Notes under the pieces: generated by a model | Seen by the model: only the letters and a program-made list of their open reading frames with translations | Told to the model about the DNA's origin: nothing | The model's database searches: none | Shown here: positions 30,621-32,000 of the stretch, piece by piece | Position numbering within the stretch: position 1 is the stretch's first letter | How the letters are laid out: each line of letters begins with the position of its first letter | Program-made: the position numbers and the translations under genes | NCBI RefSeq assembly: GCF_036416795.1 | Contig: NZ_CP143867.1 | Coordinates: forward strand, 1,019,967 to 1,051,966 | Reading direction: 5' to 3' | Length of the DNA stretch: 32,000 nucleotides | DNA from: Bacteroides maternus | GTDB taxonomy: Bacteria; Bacteroidota; Bacteroidia; Bacteroidales; Bacteroidaceae

Positions 30621-32000
30621 ATGAAACGCACAGATTTTACTTTTAGAAAGGCATGGATGATATACACTGTATATTTTCTTCTACTCTTTACCCCAACCGC
30701 AAATGCACAGCAAACAGCCAGCCTGGTCAGCCTGGAACTAAAAAACGAAAAGCTGTCTGTCGCACTGAAACAGATAGAGAAGATGGGCGGCAAGAATATC
30801 CTTTTTGCCTATGAAGAGACGGAGAATTATCACGTAACAGCAAGTATCCGTAAACAGACGCAAGGCGAAGCCATCCGCACAGTACTGAAAGGAAAACCTT
30901 TCAACTGTATCGAACGTACCGATTACTTCGTGATTCAACGGAAGGGAAAAGATGGCAAGACTACCCAGGTACGCGGAACCATATACGGAGACCGGAATGA
31001 ACCGTTAGCGTATGCCAACGTCATCCTGCTGGCAGCAGCTGATTCCGCCTTTATCACAGGATGCGTCACAGCGGAAGACGGTAGCTTTATCCTACCCGGC
31101 AACAATGAAAAAAATCATTTGCTGAAAGTAACCTACATAGGCTATCAATCCTTGACGCTTCCTTGCCAGCCGGAAAATGACATCCGCCTGCAACCAGACG
31201 CACAAATGCTGAAAGAAGTGACCGTCACTGCCTCCCGCCCGCTGGTGGAACGCAAGAATGGCGCTTTTGTTGCCAACGTAGCTGGGACACCGCTTTCTAT
31301 GCTGGGCTCCGCAAGCGATATGATCGGTCACCTCCCTTTTGTCACCGGCTCGGACGGTAACTATACCGTTATCGGACGAGGCAAATCGGATATCTACATC
31401 AATGGCCGGAAAGTGCGCGACACCTCCGAACTAAACCAACTTCAGGCTAACGAAATACTCTCCGCTGAAATTGTAACCACGCCCGGAGCACGTTATTCCT
31501 CCAGCGTGTCATCCGTTATCCGGCTACGTACCATCCGCAAGCGCGGGCAAGGTTTAAGTGCCAATGCCTACGCAGACTATACTCAGGGACACTCGGCAAA
31601 AGGCAAACAAGGTGCCTCACTAAATTATCGTACCGGCGGACTGGACATCTTTGTCAAAGGGCACTTCAATGAGTCGGACACATACTCCACCAGTCATACC
31701 CAACTGCAACTGAACACTTCCTCCGAATGGAAAAGCATCTCTGACAACGTCAATCGTGCACATGACGCGAACTTCAATGGCGAAGTAGGTTTCAACTACG
31801 AACCGGATGACCATCAGTCTTTCGGTATACGCTATGTACCCAAAACCGGACTGGGCGATCAGGAGCTTTATTCGCAAGGTGAAACCGTGATGCTGCGGGA
31901 CGGAGAAGAGGTAGATCGTCTCACATCCGACGCACACGGTCGCAAGCACACCAACTGGAATCATACCGTGAATGGCTATTATAACGGTACTTTCGGAAAA
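30621..32000 (+). CDS. Partial (3' end off window) TonB-dependent receptor / outer-membrane beta-barrel protein with N-terminal STN signalling domain
   Basis: Open frame of 460 codons to the window end; absent from the ORF track because no stop lies in the window. Signal peptide ends TPTANA|QQ. STN-like segment LSVALKQIEKMGGKNILFAYEETENYHVTASIRKQTQGEAIRTVLKGKPFNCIERTDYFVIQ. Carboxypeptidase-regulatory-like VRGTIYGDRNEPLAYANVILL...DGSFILPG. Plug-like DMIGHLPFVTG...IYINGRKV. Confidence 0.85.
   Translation, partial: MKRTDFTFRKAWMIYTVYFLLLFTPTANAQQTASLVSLELKNEKLSVALKQIEKMGGKNILFAYEETENYHVTASIRKQTQGEAIRTVLKGKPFNCIERTDYFVIQRKGKDGKTTQVRGTIYGDRNEPLAYANVILLAAADSAFITGCVTAEDGSFILPGNNEKNHLLKVTYIGYQSLTLPCQPENDIRLQPDAQMLKEVTVTASRPLVERKNGAFVANVAGTPLSMLGSASDMIGHLPFVTGSDGNYTVIGRGKSDIYINGRKVRDTSELNQLQANEILSAEIVTTPGARYSSSVSSVIRLRTIRKRGQGLSANAYADYTQGHSAKGKQGASLNYRTGGLDIFVKGHFNESDTYSTSHTQLQLNTSSEWKSISDNVNRAHDANFNGEVGFNYEPDDHQSFGIRYVPKTGLGDQELYSQGETVMLRDGEEVDRLTSDAHGRKHTNWNHTVNGYYNGTFGK

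Noticed and set aside
30542-31964. Minus-strand ORFs (30542-30793, 30738-30938, 31092-31331, 31620-31964)
   Set aside because: They are antisense to a 460-codon open plus frame with clear signal peptide, STN, carboxypeptidase-regulatory-like and plug features.

Overview
This window reads as a chromosomal segment from a Bacteroides-type (Bacteroidota) gut bacterium. The genus-level guess rests on two SusC/SusD pairs, a hybrid two-component system (HTCS), and repeated exact TAnnTTTG (-7) promoter boxes. All assignments come from reading the translated ORFs and DNA by eye; no searches were run. Gene order, left to right: a partial zinc-ribbon membrane protein (-); a secreted beta-propeller-like protein (+); rnhB (-); locus A (+ strand); a membrane pyrophosphatase hppA (-); locus B; and a partial STN-domain TonB-dependent receptor (+). 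Locus A is a membrane-anchored TPR/LuxR-HTH regulator, SusC-like, SusD-like, a split LysO-family exporter, a GH2 beta-galactosidase, a GH63-like (alpha/alpha)6 hydrolase and a heparinase II (PL21-like) lyase. Locus B is an HTCS (+) convergent with a SusC-like/SusD-like operon (-) that has no enzyme genes. I see no tRNA/rRNA, CRISPR, transposase, integrase, phage or recognisable defence genes. I also see no clearly novel multi-gene system. The points most worth follow-up are: the non-canonical regulator next to SusC/D with direct repeats upstream of susC; the unusual enzyme mix with LysO inside the locus; the enzyme-less HTCS-SusCD unit; a perfect palindrome over a promoter box at 502-543; a roughly 93-nt imperfect hairpin at 24989-25081; and clustered ACATAG/TATAGGTTA motifs in the 30.2-30.6 kb divergent promoter region.
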